Origin: a phage
Sequence record: PP754824.1
Strand: one strand, 5' to 3'
DNA length: 42,515 nucleotides
Below are positions 16,823-25,915 of this stretch, piece by piece. The translations under genes were made by a program, and so were the position numbers. Position 1 is the first letter of the stretch; every line of letters begins with the position of its first letter. The notes under the pieces are model-generated. The model saw nothing but the letters and a program-made list of their open reading frames with translations, searched no databases and was not told the DNA's origin.

Positions 16823-18813
16823 AACAATTCTCCAAAATTCTTAAAAGCGATTATATCTTTACCTTTGCCGTTTTTTCTATGTGTAACCTGCACTGGTGCG
16901 CGGAACTTATCCACGTTCGCCATAATCATTCTCGCATTGCGAAGTCTGCCAATTCTTGTGGCTTCAGCGCGATTCTCTATATGAGCAAGGCAGAAGTTCT
17001 TCCATAGCACGCTGCAAACTCGATGGTCAGACTCGGGGTTGAAGAATTCCCATGCATTAAACCGATCTCCGTTATGAGCCATGATATTGTACTTAACAAC
17101 AATTCCGGTTTGATTCTTACTTAAGCCAACTTGAAAATCATAAACAAGAAGGTAATCACCACGACGATACATCTTACCTGTAAGGTTAGCATTGGGGTCT
17201 TTAAGCATCTCTCCGCACTCTCGACAGACCTTCGCTGCTATATCATTGCGAGTCCCGCACCCTTTTTTGATAATAGCCTTTGTCTGCAGGTCTGTAATAT
17301 CTTCACAAACTGTAAAAGTAAAGAAGTGCTCACATCTCTTTCCGTCAATCTTATTTCCGCATCTACGAGCAAAAGGCGAATTCTCGTATGAGCAAATTGG
17401 GCACACTCGAACCTCTGAATCACCATTGCGTGATGACTTAAACTTCTCGGCCTGAATCTCTTCAATTATTGGATCAAAGTAAAGTTCAGCCATATCATCA
17501 AGTGCGCCAGCAAAGTCCAGGACTAAGTGGTCATCCTTTTTCATACCAATTTCAATATGTTTCTTCTTGAGAATTCGCATTCCACGACCAAGAAGCTGAA
17601 TCATTAATGTCAGGCTTCCAATCCTGCGGAGTATGACACTTGTGTCCCACGGAGGCACCGAAACGCCTGTGGTTAAGCATCCAATCTGAAAAATAATCTT
17701 GTACTTTCCGGTCTGGCATTCATCTAGAATTTCCCTTCTCTTCTTCTCACCAGTGGAATCAGTGATTATCGCGTAAGGATAACCATCGGGTAGAGCAGCA
17801 GCCGCTTCATCGCAGTGCATTTTACCAGCGCAAGTTACCAGTGCGGCGTTACGTGTTTCAAGTATTTTGATAACGAACCCCATTATCTTTTGTGTCATCG
17901 TCTGGTTTTCGTGAATCTTTGCAGCCATTGCATCCATTTCTTTTTTGCTGAAATCCTTAACGCCATCACTTCCATCAGGTGCAAACTCGCTAAGGTCATA
18001 ACCCAAATCACCAACCTCACCGTAAACAGTTGGAACAACGAATCCCAAATCAACCAGGTAACTGGTCGGAACTTGCATTACCGTCTTGCGCCAGAAGCCA
18101 CGAATATTTGGGTTACTAACTACAATGTGGTCGTTGTTACGATACGGGCTACCAGTCAAGCCGAATATACGGAGCTCGCGACCATACTTCTCTTTGCAGC
18201 GGCGCTTCATTTCAGTGATGATTAGTGTGTACTGCGCACGACCAGTTCCAAGAAATCCGGTATTCACTCCATCCTTGAAAACCATTTCGCCTTTCTTGGT
18301 GCTCATTTGCTCAAATGTCTCTTCGTTCTCTTCAGCTTCTACGATATCCATGTGGTCCACCATGTGTGCCTCATCTATTGCGATAACCGCAGGAACATAG
18401 TCACCAAGACCCTTAAACAATCCATTGGCAGCCGTTCCTTCACTAGCCACTATGGTTGGGTAATAAACTGATTTAACGTTAAGGCCAGCGCAATATACGC
18501 TATTACGAATGCCAAAGCTGCGAAGTTCTTCAGCGTTCTGACTGATAATTTCAGACTGGCGAGAAAGTACCATATAAGGAAGGCCAAGTTGCTCCATGCG
18601 TTTACCAATCATGGCAATAATGATTGTCTTGCCAGCCGATACAGACAGGTCTGCGATGAACGGAGCTTCGTACTTAGCAATATTCTTGCCGATTTGGTCG
18701 AATGTCACGCACTGGAATGGATACGGCGTAATATCTCCAAACTGATAGTCTCTCTGAATCTGCTTAATCTTTTCTTGGTCAAAGTTTGCCACTAAGCGTT
18801 CTACTGGAAGCAT
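16819..18813 (-). CDS. SF2 DEAD/DEAH-box helicase with C-terminal zinc-ribbon region (664 aa)
   Basis: Motif I SVSAGKT, motif II IDEAH, helicase C-terminal region, then Cys clusters CPICS...RRCGN and CRECG. Confidence 0.85.
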   Translation of the reverse strand: MLPVERLVANFDQEKIKQIQRDYQFGDITPYPFQCVTFDQIGKNIAKYEAPFIADLSVSAGKTIIIAMIGKRMEQLGLPYMVLSRQSEIISQNAEELRSFGIRNSVYCAGLNVKSVYYPTIVASEGTAANGLFKGLGDYVPAVIAIDEAHMVDHMDIVEAEENEETFEQMSTKKGEMVFKDGVNTGFLGTGRAQYTLIITEMKRRCKEKYGRELRIFGLTGSPYRNNDHIVVSNPNIRGFWRKTVMQVPTSYLVDLGFVVPTVYGEVGDLGYDLSEFAPDGSDGVKDFSKKEMDAMAAKIHENQTMTQKIMGFVIKILETRNAALVTCAGKMHCDEAAAALPDGYPYAIITDSTGEKKRREILDECQTGKYKIIFQIGCLTTGVSVPPWDTSVILRRIGSLTLMIQLLGRGMRILKKKHIEIGMKKDDHLVLDFAGALDDMAELYFDPIIEEIQAEKFKSSRNGDSEVRVCPICSYENSPFARRCGNKIDGKRCEHFFTFTVCEDITDLQTKAIIKKGCGTRNDIAAKVCRECGEMLKDPNANLTGKMYRRGDYLLVYDFQVGLSKNQTGIVVKYNIMAHNGDRFNAWEFFNPESDHRVCSVLWKNFCLAHIENRAEATRIGRLRNARMIMANVDKFRAPVQVTHRKNGKGKDIIAFKNFGELL

Positions 18814-18853
18814 TTTAAATATCCTGATAGTTCTTTAGTTCGTTGCATTGATG

Positions 18854-18897
18854 TATAATAACAGCCATCGAACCCATTGTTTAACAAAAAGTGCTAT
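18854..18897 (-). promoter_or_regulatory. conserved promoter box, variant AATAGCACTTTTTGTTAA, about 22-nt spacer, -10 TATTAT
   Basis: Upstream of the helicase start at 18813; sits in the divergent region before the plus-strand gene at 18910. Confidence 0.5.
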
Positions 18898-18909
18898 TGA
18901 GGTAATGAG

Positions 18910-19392
18910 ATGTGTGAAATCGACAAGCGAACTATTAACGGCAATAACGGAACCGTGCGCACAAAAGACAAAAAGCAACGCAAACGACCATCAGGCTACT
19001 ACGTATTGAAAGATGAGGTAAAGGCTGGGCTACGTGCTCGCCTGGAGATGGTTCTTGATTTCTACGGTACAAAGGCGAACATCGCAAAGCAGTTAAATGT
19101 GTCCAACCAAGCTGTATCGGAATGGTTTAACCGCGGTATGATTTCGGCTCGAGGGGCTCAGCGAGCACATAATGCGTACAAGCGAAATAAGGAGGGATTT
19201 CGAGCTACATTCTGCCGACCAGACCTGCAATTCGACGGAAACGGAAAACCGCTAACACTTCGATGCAAGAAGCGCCATATGCTTCGCGTAGTTACCGATG
19301 CAGAACTAGCAACAAAGCCACCCTGTCGACCATGGCGAAAGAATAAGATTGCCAACGAAGCCGCACGAAAAGCTAAAGAAAGATCTGAATGA
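18910..19392 (+). CDS. HTH DNA-binding protein (YdaS/Cro-like), putative transcriptional regulator (160 aa)
   Basis: GTKANIAKQLNVSNQAVSEWFNRGMIS resembles Cro/YdaS-type helix-turn-helix; basic flanks. Confidence 0.55.
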   Translation: MCEIDKRTINGNNGTVRTKDKKQRKRPSGYYVLKDEVKAGLRARLEMVLDFYGTKANIAKQLNVSNQAVSEWFNRGMISARGAQRAHNAYKRNKEGFRATFCRPDLQFDGNGKPLTLRCKKRHMLRVVTDAELATKPPCRPWRKNKIANEAARKAKERSE

Positions 19393-19403
19393 GTATGTAT
19401 AAT

Positions 19404-19432
19404 GCCCTCAAGTTAAATGCGAGGGCTTTTTT
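19404..19432 (+). terminator. rho-independent terminator
   Basis: GCCCTCAAGTTAAATGCGAGGGC followed by TTTTTT; abuts the ATG at 19433. Confidence 0.6.
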
Positions 19433-20356
19433 ATGCATCACGATAAGAATGAAGTTTTGTCAAAAATGAAGGGCATGTGGTCAAAGTTTTACGAATCTCA
19501 CATGGGCTGGACAAAAGAAAACCTTAGCAAGAAACACGGGCCATGCCCTTACTGCTTTGGTAAGGATAGGTTTCGTTTTACTGATGAATTAAATAACGAG
19601 AAAGGTAATGGCGCTGCAATTTGCAGTCAGTGCGGTAATGATACAGGTATAGGATGGGTCATGAAGTGCACTGGATTGTCCTTCACCGATTCAGTAAATT
19701 TGCTTGGTGACTGGCTGAACTTAACACCAATTGAGGTTATAGTTAAAGCAAACAAGCAAGCGTCGAGAACTCAGCGATACAAAATGGGTGCCCATGTCGA
19801 CCACGAGAAAGTTCTGGAGGTAATGGAGAGAACCATGAGAGTCGAATCAAGTCCACTCACGACATACGAGGGTATTTACCTTAGTGATGGTTTTGATGTT
19901 GGTATCGCTAAGGATGGTTCAATGATTCACGCAACCCCATGCTCTATGGTTTATGAGGATGGGCTTGGTGATGAGTTTTGTAACGTAATGTTTATTGATG
20001 AGGATTCAAATGTTAAGTTCCTTGCTGGTGATTACACTCGTGATTCTGTTTCCGTTATTGGTTCTAGGCAGGATAATAGTTACACTTATGTTGTCGACAA
20101 TTACATTGATGGCGTACATGTTCACCTTGCTACTGGGGGTCGCGAGGTGTTTGTTGCTTTCTCCTGTTACAATATGGAGATGGTTATCCACCGCGACAGG
20201 TCAAGAAGGTTCAGGATTGCTTGCCGCGATTGTGATACTGATATACTCGCTGTCGCTGACGATCGTAATGTTGATGTGGTGATTCCTAACGACGGGAGGT
20301 CATTTAAAACAGGAATACGCAAGAAAATATACAAAGCCAACGACTTACTAAACTAA
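19433..20356 (+). CDS. putative DNA primase with N-terminal zinc ribbon (307 aa)
   Basis: CPYC-x21-CSQC zinc-ribbon as in phage primases; catalytic-domain assignment is tentative. Confidence 0.5.
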   Translation: MHHDKNEVLSKMKGMWSKFYESHMGWTKENLSKKHGPCPYCFGKDRFRFTDELNNEKGNGAAICSQCGNDTGIGWVMKCTGLSFTDSVNLLGDWLNLTPIEVIVKANKQASRTQRYKMGAHVDHEKVLEVMERTMRVESSPLTTYEGIYLSDGFDVGIAKDGSMIHATPCSMVYEDGLGDEFCNVMFIDEDSNVKFLAGDYTRDSVSVIGSRQDNSYTYVVDNYIDGVHVHLATGGREVFVAFSCYNMEMVIHRDRSRRFRIACRDCDTDILAVADDRNVDVVIPNDGRSFKTGIRKKIYKANDLLN

Positions 20357-20376
20357 CCTCCTTCGGGAGGTTTTTT
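20357..20376 (+). terminator. rho-independent terminator
   Basis: CCTCCTTCGGGAGG followed by TTTTTT. Confidence 0.7.
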
Positions 20377-20407
20377 ATTGCCTGAAAGATGGTAGAATGA
20401 ATTTTAT

Positions 20408-20423
20408 CAATTAGTGCTATTTT
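20408..20423 (-). promoter_or_regulatory. box-family copy in anomalous orientation upstream of the plus-strand tail fibre gene
   Basis: Plus strand reads CAATTAGTGCTATTTT, i.e. the box on the minus strand; no good -10 at the 22-nt spacing. Confidence 0.3.
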
Positions 20424-20441
20424 ACAAACGGAGACTTTACA

Positions 20442-21620
20442 ATGGCAATTTATGATTCTGGCACAGCAAGCCTGGCAGCCAACGGTACCGTAACTGGTAC
20501 TGGAACCAACTGGATGGCTCCGCTTACTCTCATTCGTGTAGGCGCCACTATTGTGTTCAAAACTGAACCAGTGAAGATTTACACTATCTCTGAAATTATC
20601 AGCGATACGCAGATTAATGTATACAACCCAAATTCTGAAACCGTTGCTGCTGGAACTGGTTACGCCATTCTTCTTCATGATGGTATTACAGTTCAGGGTT
20701 TGGCACAGGACGTAGCCGAGACGCTTAGATTTTATCAGTCAAATAATTATGTGAGCGGTGGTGATGATGGGAATGTAAAATTAGAGAACGGAGGAACAGG
20801 AGCTAGTACAGCACCTGAAGCGCGTAACAACCTCGGGCTTGGTCCATTGTCCACAGTTAATGTGGCTCCAATAGAGAACGGAGGAACAGGAGCTAGTACA
20901 GCACCTGAAGCGCGTAACAACCTCGGGCTTGGAACTTCTGCTGTCATTGATCATGGCTATGATCCTGGGCAGGTTCAACTAGTTTTTGGATCAAGGATAA
21001 TGCGAACCGACAAGCCCAAAACAACCTGGACGTATGGATATGAACCTATTAGTCCAACCAACTTATACTACCTAGATTATGTTGTATTTATGGATATGCC
21101 TGGACCAACTGCTAGAGAGTGGGCTCAGCTTGCCGTTTCTTATGCGGAAAGGAGATGCTATATAGCTAACTCAACTTATAATAACGGCCTTGGGTTCATG
21201 GAACTTTACCACTCACAAAACGTAACCGTAGACTCTAACGGTTTCCTTAAAAAGGCTTCTCCTATAATTAAAGTCTTCAGTGATGGTGGTTTTGAAACAA
21301 ACGAGCAATCAAAGGGAGCTACAGTGGAGAGAGTTTCCACTGGTGTTTATAGGGTATCAGGTGTGCTTGGTCTAAATTCGGATGCCTCCTGGGGTGGTGT
21401 TAATGGTGGCTTTGAGATACCTTTAGATGCAAACAAGCAGCCAAGAATATGGCTAGATTATGAGGTTGAGTCTAATGGCTCAATAGTAGTAAAAACTTAC
21501 CATCGAACTCACGATTCATCCCCGTCCTTTGCAAGAAATAAAGTTGAAGGTTTTAGTAACGGCGATCCTATAGATATTCCTTCTGACTCTTTCGTTTCAA
21601 TTCGAGTAAATATGCCATAA
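20442..21620 (+). CDS. tail fibre protein with tandem fibre-repeat motifs (392 aa)
   Basis: Two copies of ENGGTGASTAPEARNNLGLG (phage tail-fibre repeat type); separate plus-strand transcription unit with own RBS and terminator. Confidence 0.7.
   Translation: MAIYDSGTASLAANGTVTGTGTNWMAPLTLIRVGATIVFKTEPVKIYTISEIISDTQINVYNPNSETVAAGTGYAILLHDGITVQGLAQDVAETLRFYQSNNYVSGGDDGNVKLENGGTGASTAPEARNNLGLGPLSTVNVAPIENGGTGASTAPEARNNLGLGTSAVIDHGYDPGQVQLVFGSRIMRTDKPKTTWTYGYEPISPTNLYYLDYVVFMDMPGPTAREWAQLAVSYAERRCYIANSTYNNGLGFMELYHSQNVTVDSNGFLKKASPIIKVFSDGGFETNEQSKGATVERVSTGVYRVSGVLGLNSDASWGGVNGGFEIPLDANKQPRIWLDYEVESNGSIVVKTYHRTHDSSPSFARNKVEGFSNGDPIDIPSDSFVSIRVNMP
20784..20932 (+). repeat. two perfect 59-bp direct repeats (20784..20842 and 20874..20932) inside the tail fibre gene
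   Basis: Identical nucleotide strings GAGAACGGAGGAACAGGAGCTAGTACAGCACCTGAAGCGCGTAACAACCTCGGGCTTGG. Confidence 0.9.
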
Positions 21621-21623
21621 AAA

Positions 21624-21640
21624 AGCCCCCGAAAGGGGCT
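21624..21640. terminator. bidirectional rho-independent terminator
   Basis: AAAAA-AGCCCCCGAAAGGGGCT-TTGTCTTTT between convergent tail fibre and SSB genes. Confidence 0.7.
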
Positions 21641-21650
21641 TTGTCTTTTA

Positions 21651-22082
21651 TCAGAAGGGGATATCATCCTCGAAGTTCTTCTGCTGTTGAGGTTGACGCT
21701 GCTGCTGTTGTTGCTGTTGCTGCTGCTGTTGTTGCTGCTGCTGTTGTTGCTGAGGTTGTGAATCACCACGCTGACTAAACTCAAGTCGAGGGTTGTTCAT
21801 ATTGATCGTTACGTAGGTCTTACCATCTTTATCACGAACATCAACAGCCAGGCTTTCAGCGCTCACGCTAACAACTTTACCCTCCTGGAACGCCTCGTTG
21901 TACCAATCTAACATTGACTCTTTAGCGAAGAAGACGGCGCGATAGTTACTATACTGTGCATTCCCATCTTTATCCTTGTATCTCTCACTCAAGTCAACCG
22001 CAAACATTTTCCAGTTACCATTTGCGTTTTGACCTTCTTTGGTGAATGGGGCGCGGCGAATCTGACCAGTAATTACGTGCAT
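21651..22082 (-). CDS. ssb: single-stranded DNA-binding protein with poly-Gln linker and acidic DDIPF tail
   Basis: OB-fold-like N-terminal region, run of about 20 Gln, C-terminal FEDDIPF as in bacterial and phage SSBs. Confidence 0.85.
   Translation of the reverse strand: MHVITGQIRRAPFTKEGQNANGNWKMFAVDLSERYKDKDGNAQYSNYRAVFFAKESMLDWYNEAFQEGKVVSVSAESLAVDVRDKDGKTYVTINMNNPRLEFSQRGDSQPQQQQQQQQQQQQQQQQQQRQPQQQKNFEDDIPF
21680..21758 (-). repeat. CAG/CAA trinucleotide tract encoding the SSB poly-Q linker
   Basis: Plus strand shows (CTG/TTG)n over about 75 nt. Confidence 0.9.
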
Positions 22083-22125
22083 GCTTTATCTCTCTATGTT
22101 TGTTGGGGCCGCAGCCCCGTTAAAT

Positions 22126-22776
22126 TTAGAATGTGTCGATTTGTTGTGATTCTACTTTAATCTTTTCTTCAGGACTACTTTTTTCTGTAACTTTCTTTGG
22201 TGTTGCTGGGTTGAAGCCAGTCATCGCATTTGCCTCAATCTCTGCCTTGCGCTCGATAATGTGAGGTTCAAAAACCTTCCATCCAGCCGCATCAAGTGAC
22301 TGCTTAGCCTCTTTCCAGACGTTACGAAGTTCATCAAGAGTATTGCATTTCTCTAGCTCTCGCTTGAAATCCTTAACGCCTTTGGCTGCAAGATTTCCGT
22401 CATCATCAGCCTGGCTAAGACCCAAGGCAGCTGTGATACCGTAGCGACGAGCGTATGTTAAAGCTGATCCGTAACCTTGTGCATCATTCTTGCTGATTGG
22501 GACTATCATTAAGAAGCTTACCCACTCTCCAGATTCAACATGAAACAGCTTTGTCTCGACCTTCATGCGATTTGTTTGTTCGTCATCAATCACACTCTGG
22601 AACATCACCAAACCACACTCATATAAACCAGGCTCAACAGCCGCCAAAACGTCTTCTAAGGTAGCGTATTTATTCTTTAAGTGAGAGTTCTGCTTAGACT
22701 TTTCAGCCTTCGCAAATAGCGATTTAGCAGTGTGAAGCGCTTTTAAAATTGATTTGCATAATTCTGAAATTTGCAT
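22126..22776 (-). CDS. Erf-like single-strand annealing protein (216 aa)
   Basis: GYGSALTYARRYGITAALGL resembles the ERF-family core; sits between SSB and exonuclease. Confidence 0.6.
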   Translation of the reverse strand: MQISELCKSILKALHTAKSLFAKAEKSKQNSHLKNKYATLEDVLAAVEPGLYECGLVMFQSVIDDEQTNRMKVETKLFHVESGEWVSFLMIVPISKNDAQGYGSALTYARRYGITAALGLSQADDDGNLAAKGVKDFKRELEKCNTLDELRNVWKEAKQSLDAAGWKVFEPHIIERKAEIEANAMTGFNPATPKKVTEKSSPEEKIKVESQQIDTF

Positions 22777-22805
22777 CTTTAACCTCGTTCGTTGTTGATT
22801 GGATA

Positions 22806-22850
22806 ACTATACCTAAGTCATCCCGTTTTGTTTTAGCAATTCGTGCTGTT
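22806..22850 (-). promoter_or_regulatory. conserved promoter box (CAGCACGAATTGCTAA), 22-nt spacer, -10 TATAGT
   Basis: Box overlaps the stop of the exonuclease gene; leader AATCAACAACGAACGAGG. Confidence 0.6.
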
Positions 22851-23815
22851 TAGATTTCTTTGTATTGCTTTAGAGCCCACTCAGGGACTAGTAGTTCTTG
22901 CTCTGTTATGCCGTTCGAGTACCCAGGCCAGATATCTAGCTCCTTGCACTTCTTGTAAGTGGCAAGTGCCTCAAGATACTGGAGACGACCAATGCGAAGC
23001 TGTTCGTCAGTTAGGGTGTACAGCATTGGTAAGTATGGCTCCACCTTCTCCTGTGCCAGCAACCCCACAACAACCTTGCGCTTCTCGTTGAATGCTTTCA
23101 CAAACAGATCACGCTGAAGTGCCATTTTTGCAAGGTATCCGTGGTTGAATGCTGACTTACCGAATCCTTCCGGGCTTGCGTCTGCTGTCGTTTTGTAATC
23201 TGTGATCCGAACTGCTCCATCAACAACATCAACGTGGTCAATTCGAATCTTAACGCCGACTCCTAGAATCTCACCGAAGATCGATAACTCTTTCTGCGCC
23301 GTCTTACTGTTCACGATCGCATTATACGCCGGAATGTTGCAGAGGACCTCACACATCGCTACAACCTTGTCATAGTCTACTGCGCTAACTAGCTCCTTAC
23401 CATCCGCAAGCGCCTGGGCGCTCTCCTGCTGCTCAATTAACCATCCAACGGGCCAATCCTCACCAGATCGATACATCATCTCTATAAGCTCGCTATACCC
23501 CTTACCTGACGTGCCAGCTACACCAACTTCTTTAAGTGCTGATGATAATCCAGACTGACTTGTAATTAAGCCTTCAATCGAGTCAAGGTCTGTTGCGCGA
23601 AGGTATTCTTTTTCGAATACATCTTGCTCTAAAATCATCGTGTGGCTTAGCGTGCCGAACTTAAGCGCCTTGCTATCATTGTTGCGCTGCTTAAACTTCC
23701 ACTTGGCTGGTGATCCCTGGATAATCTCGACAAGCGAGCTACCTGAGATGTGTTCAGTTTCAGCGTGGTAAGCCTCGTTGCTTAGCTCCTCTCGCGTAAA
23801 AACTTTAAAGCTCAT
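22850..23815 (-). CDS. PD-(D/E)xK exonuclease (Cas4/RecB-nuclease-like) (321 aa)
   Basis: RIDHVDVVDGAVRITDYKTT motif block typical of phage recombination exonucleases. Confidence 0.65.
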   Translation of the reverse strand: MSFKVFTREELSNEAYHAETEHISGSSLVEIIQGSPAKWKFKQRNNDSKALKFGTLSHTMILEQDVFEKEYLRATDLDSIEGLITSQSGLSSALKEVGVAGTSGKGYSELIEMMYRSGEDWPVGWLIEQQESAQALADGKELVSAVDYDKVVAMCEVLCNIPAYNAIVNSKTAQKELSIFGEILGVGVKIRIDHVDVVDGAVRITDYKTTADASPEGFGKSAFNHGYLAKMALQRDLFVKAFNEKRKVVVGLLAQEKVEPYLPMLYTLTDEQLRIGRLQYLEALATYKKCKELDIWPGYSNGITEQELLVPEWALKQYKEI

Positions 23816-23818
23816 AAC

Positions 23819-24013
23819 TCACCCCTTGACCTTAACTACTTTAACAGACTTCAAATCTTCTTCAGTGAAGTAACCGGTCAGTACATCGCGGGCTTCTCCT
23901 TTGGTCTCGAATCTGTCTGCTTCGTTCTTATCCGTGGTGTAACCGGCCTCTCCTCCAAAGTAGCAGTCGCCGAACAGTGCGTTGTTTTTCTCTTTGATAA
24001 TGTAGTAGGTCAT
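23819..24013 (-). CDS. hypothetical protein (64 aa)
   Basis: ORF track. Confidence 0.45.
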   Translation of the reverse strand: MTYYIIKEKNNALFGDCYFGGEAGYTTDKNEADRFETKGEARDVLTGYFTEEDLKSVKVVKVKG

Positions 24014-24235
24014 TTATATATCTCTCTGGTTGATTGCTTTCGATGAGGTAACTATATATTCAGCACCGTAACCAGTCCAATTGGTTTTGCCAATCGTTGA
24101 TTTAAGTTTACGCGTGAATCTTTGTAATTTCGTGTAGGCATTGGCACTAGTTACGCTTTTTGGCATCTCAAGCCAGCCATAGCTCAATGTAAACATCGTG
24201 TATATCGTGTATGCCGTTTCTCGCTGAGGGTGCAT
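24014..24235 (-). CDS. hypothetical protein (73 aa)
   Basis: ORF track. Confidence 0.45.
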   Translation of the reverse strand: MHPQRETAYTIYTMFTLSYGWLEMPKSVTSANAYTKLQRFTRKLKSTIGKTNWTGYGAEYIVTSSKAINQRDI

Positions 24236-24309
24236 TGGTATAGCTGCCGCGCAATACTGTATAAATACACATGATATTAAAATTATAACCGGAACACTCT
24301 ATAGAAGTA

Positions 24310-24420
24310 GTTACATGATATACACAGTAATATATATAATAATAATAATAAGAGTAAAAGGTTGATATATATAGATATTTTAATGTAACCAATGCGTAAA
24401 TTGGCGTAACAGCGCGTATA
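24310..24420. repeat. AT-rich ~100-bp element, copy B, with (TAA)n microsatellite
   Basis: Near-identical to 8846..8950; lies in the second divergent intergenic region. Confidence 0.7.
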
Positions 24421-24499
24421 TCATTTCCCGCGGATGAGATTGTATACATCGAGTTACATCGGTTACGTGTAACTGTGATTTATGGTGAAATTGTCGATA

Positions 24500-24544
24500 A
24501 ATAGCACGATTTGCTAAAGACAACTGGCTATCTTTAGGTATATT
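24500..24544 (+). promoter_or_regulatory. conserved promoter box (AATAGCACGATTTGCTAA), 22-nt spacer, -10 TATATT
   Basis: Plus-strand copy ahead of the 24625..26101 gene set. Confidence 0.55.
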
Positions 24545-24624
24545 TAGGCGCGTGGCGGCAATGGTGCTGTCAACTCCTCCTCAAATTGAGGAAAAGAACT
24601 TAGTTAACTCCTCAAATCTTAGGA

Positions 24625-25314
24625 ATGAAAAACAAAAGAGAGACGAAAATGAACTTAGCATTACTTAATGAAGACGTAAAAATGAATAGTTATCAGTTTT
24701 TAAATGAAGTTATCAACCCAGCGAGGTTGATCGCTGGGGAGTCCAATGTTCGACACAATGACTTTGTTGAGAGAATAGAGGATGAGCTTGAAGGGTTTGA
24801 GTTTGACTACGAAAGTTTCGTAATCAAGAGTGAGGGTAGAGGAGGTTATAGAAAGTCAATCAACTCACCAGTGCTCAATATGGAACAGATGCTTTTGATT
24901 GGGATGAGAGAATCAAAGTTCGTTCGTCGCGCAGTGCTTGCTAAGCTTAAAGAAATGCAAAGCACCATCAACAAGCAAGCGGAAGTAATCAGTCAGATGG
25001 TAAGCATTGATGAACTTAAAGAGGAAAGAATGAAGAATGGATACCTGCAAGCGCAGAATGCTCACTTGATCCAGAGAATCGTAGCTGAGCAGCGAATTAC
25101 TGAAATCACCCTGTCAGATAAGGAACTTGACAAGAAGATTGATGAGCTAGCGTGCGAGGCTCGGCAGTGCTGGTCAAGTCGCTCTGATGAGATGGAGTTG
25201 AGATTCAAGTATGAAACACAGTGCTTCGCACTTAAGGAAAAGGTAGGTGCACTGACTGGATTGATTGAGAATAATCTAGGAATTGATATCAAGTTGCTAC
25301 TTAAAGATAAGTAG
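24625..25314 (+). CDS. hypothetical protein with coiled-coil C-terminal half (229 aa)
   Basis: ORF track; alternative ATG at 24649; TAG stop is followed by a degenerate box TAGCACTAATGACC. Confidence 0.5.
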   Translation: MKNKRETKMNLALLNEDVKMNSYQFLNEVINPARLIAGESNVRHNDFVERIEDELEGFEFDYESFVIKSEGRGGYRKSINSPVLNMEQMLLIGMRESKFVRRAVLAKLKEMQSTINKQAEVISQMVSIDELKEERMKNGYLQAQNAHLIQRIVAEQRITEITLSDKELDKKIDELACEARQCWSSRSDEMELRFKYETQCFALKEKVGALTGLIENNLGIDIKLLLKDK

Positions 25315-25456
25315 CACTAATGACCACAATAAGATGTGGTCATTTAAAGTGACTGCAATAAAATGCAGCATGTAGTAACCACTACTCAGCAGCAGAATCG
25401 GAATGTTATGATGTCAGTTAATAGCGTAATGCAAATCGAAAACAAGGCGGTATAAG

Positions 25457-25726
25457 ATGAACTACGAGAAAGAGATTGCAAAAGCGAAGAAAGAGCTCAA
25501 TGAAAAGGTTGTGACAATCCTGGTAAACAACGCTCTTTTTGTTAAGCGCGCAGAGTTACTAGCAGATGACGACCCTGTCAGAAATGAGTTAATAAATCAC
25601 ATCACTGAGTCTTCATTTATTATCTCTGGCGCCCTTAAATGCACGGTCGAGCAGGCTCTTAACTTGATATTCGCTTATCGGCATTACAATGTTAAGTCCA
25701 TTCCTGGCTGTGAGGATATTCACTAA
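25457..25726 (+). CDS. hypothetical protein (89 aa)
   Basis: ORF track. Confidence 0.45.
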   Translation: MNYEKEIAKAKKELNEKVVTILVNNALFVKRAELLADDDPVRNELINHITESSFIISGALKCTVEQALNLIFAYRHYNVKSIPGCEDIH

Positions 25727-25769
25727 TAGCACTAATTGCTAAACACTTATCGCAAGGATGCGGTATTAT
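25725..25769 (+). promoter_or_regulatory. conserved promoter box (AATAGCACTAATTGCTAA), 22-nt spacer, -10 TATTAT
   Basis: Leader CATCGAAACGAAACACAC then RBS AAGGAA and ATG at 25810. Confidence 0.6.
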
Positions 25770-25809
25770 CTTTCCATCGAAACGAAACACACTTACTAAG
25801 GAATACAAA

Positions 25810-25914
25810 ATGACTAACTTAACTACTAACGTAATCTCTGCAATCTTCGGTGTAGCAGCTACTGGTTTCTTCGTATGGCTTCTGATGCTGGCTAGCAACT
25901 TTAAAGGGTTCTAA
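25810..25914 (+). CDS. small membrane protein (34 aa)
   Basis: Hand-translated MTNLTTNVISAIFGVAATGFFVWLLMLASNFKGF; single hydrophobic helix. Confidence 0.35.
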   Translation: MTNLTTNVISAIFGVAATGFFVWLLMLASNFKGF

Positions 25915-25915
25915 G

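Noticed and set aside
17131-18795. Plus-strand ORFs inside the helicase gene (17131..17391, 17192..17455, 17815..18225, 18086..18400, 18589..18795)
   Set aside because: Antisense to the helicase ORF, which has clear motifs; no independent signals.
20784-20932. Possible CRISPR array
   Set aside because: Only two repeat copies, inside a coding sequence and encoding a known fibre-repeat peptide; no further repeats, leader or cas genes anywhere in the window.
20747-20978. Minus-strand ORFs 20747..20947 and 20781..20978 with internally repeated peptides
   Set aside because: They are antisense readings of the 59-bp duplicated segment of the tail fibre gene; the repetition is an artefact of the DNA repeat.
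24168-24449. ORF 24168..24449 (93 aa, tyrosine-rich)
   Set aside because: Spans the AT-rich repeat element and microsatellite; low-complexity translation, no RBS; treated as non-coding regulatory DNA.
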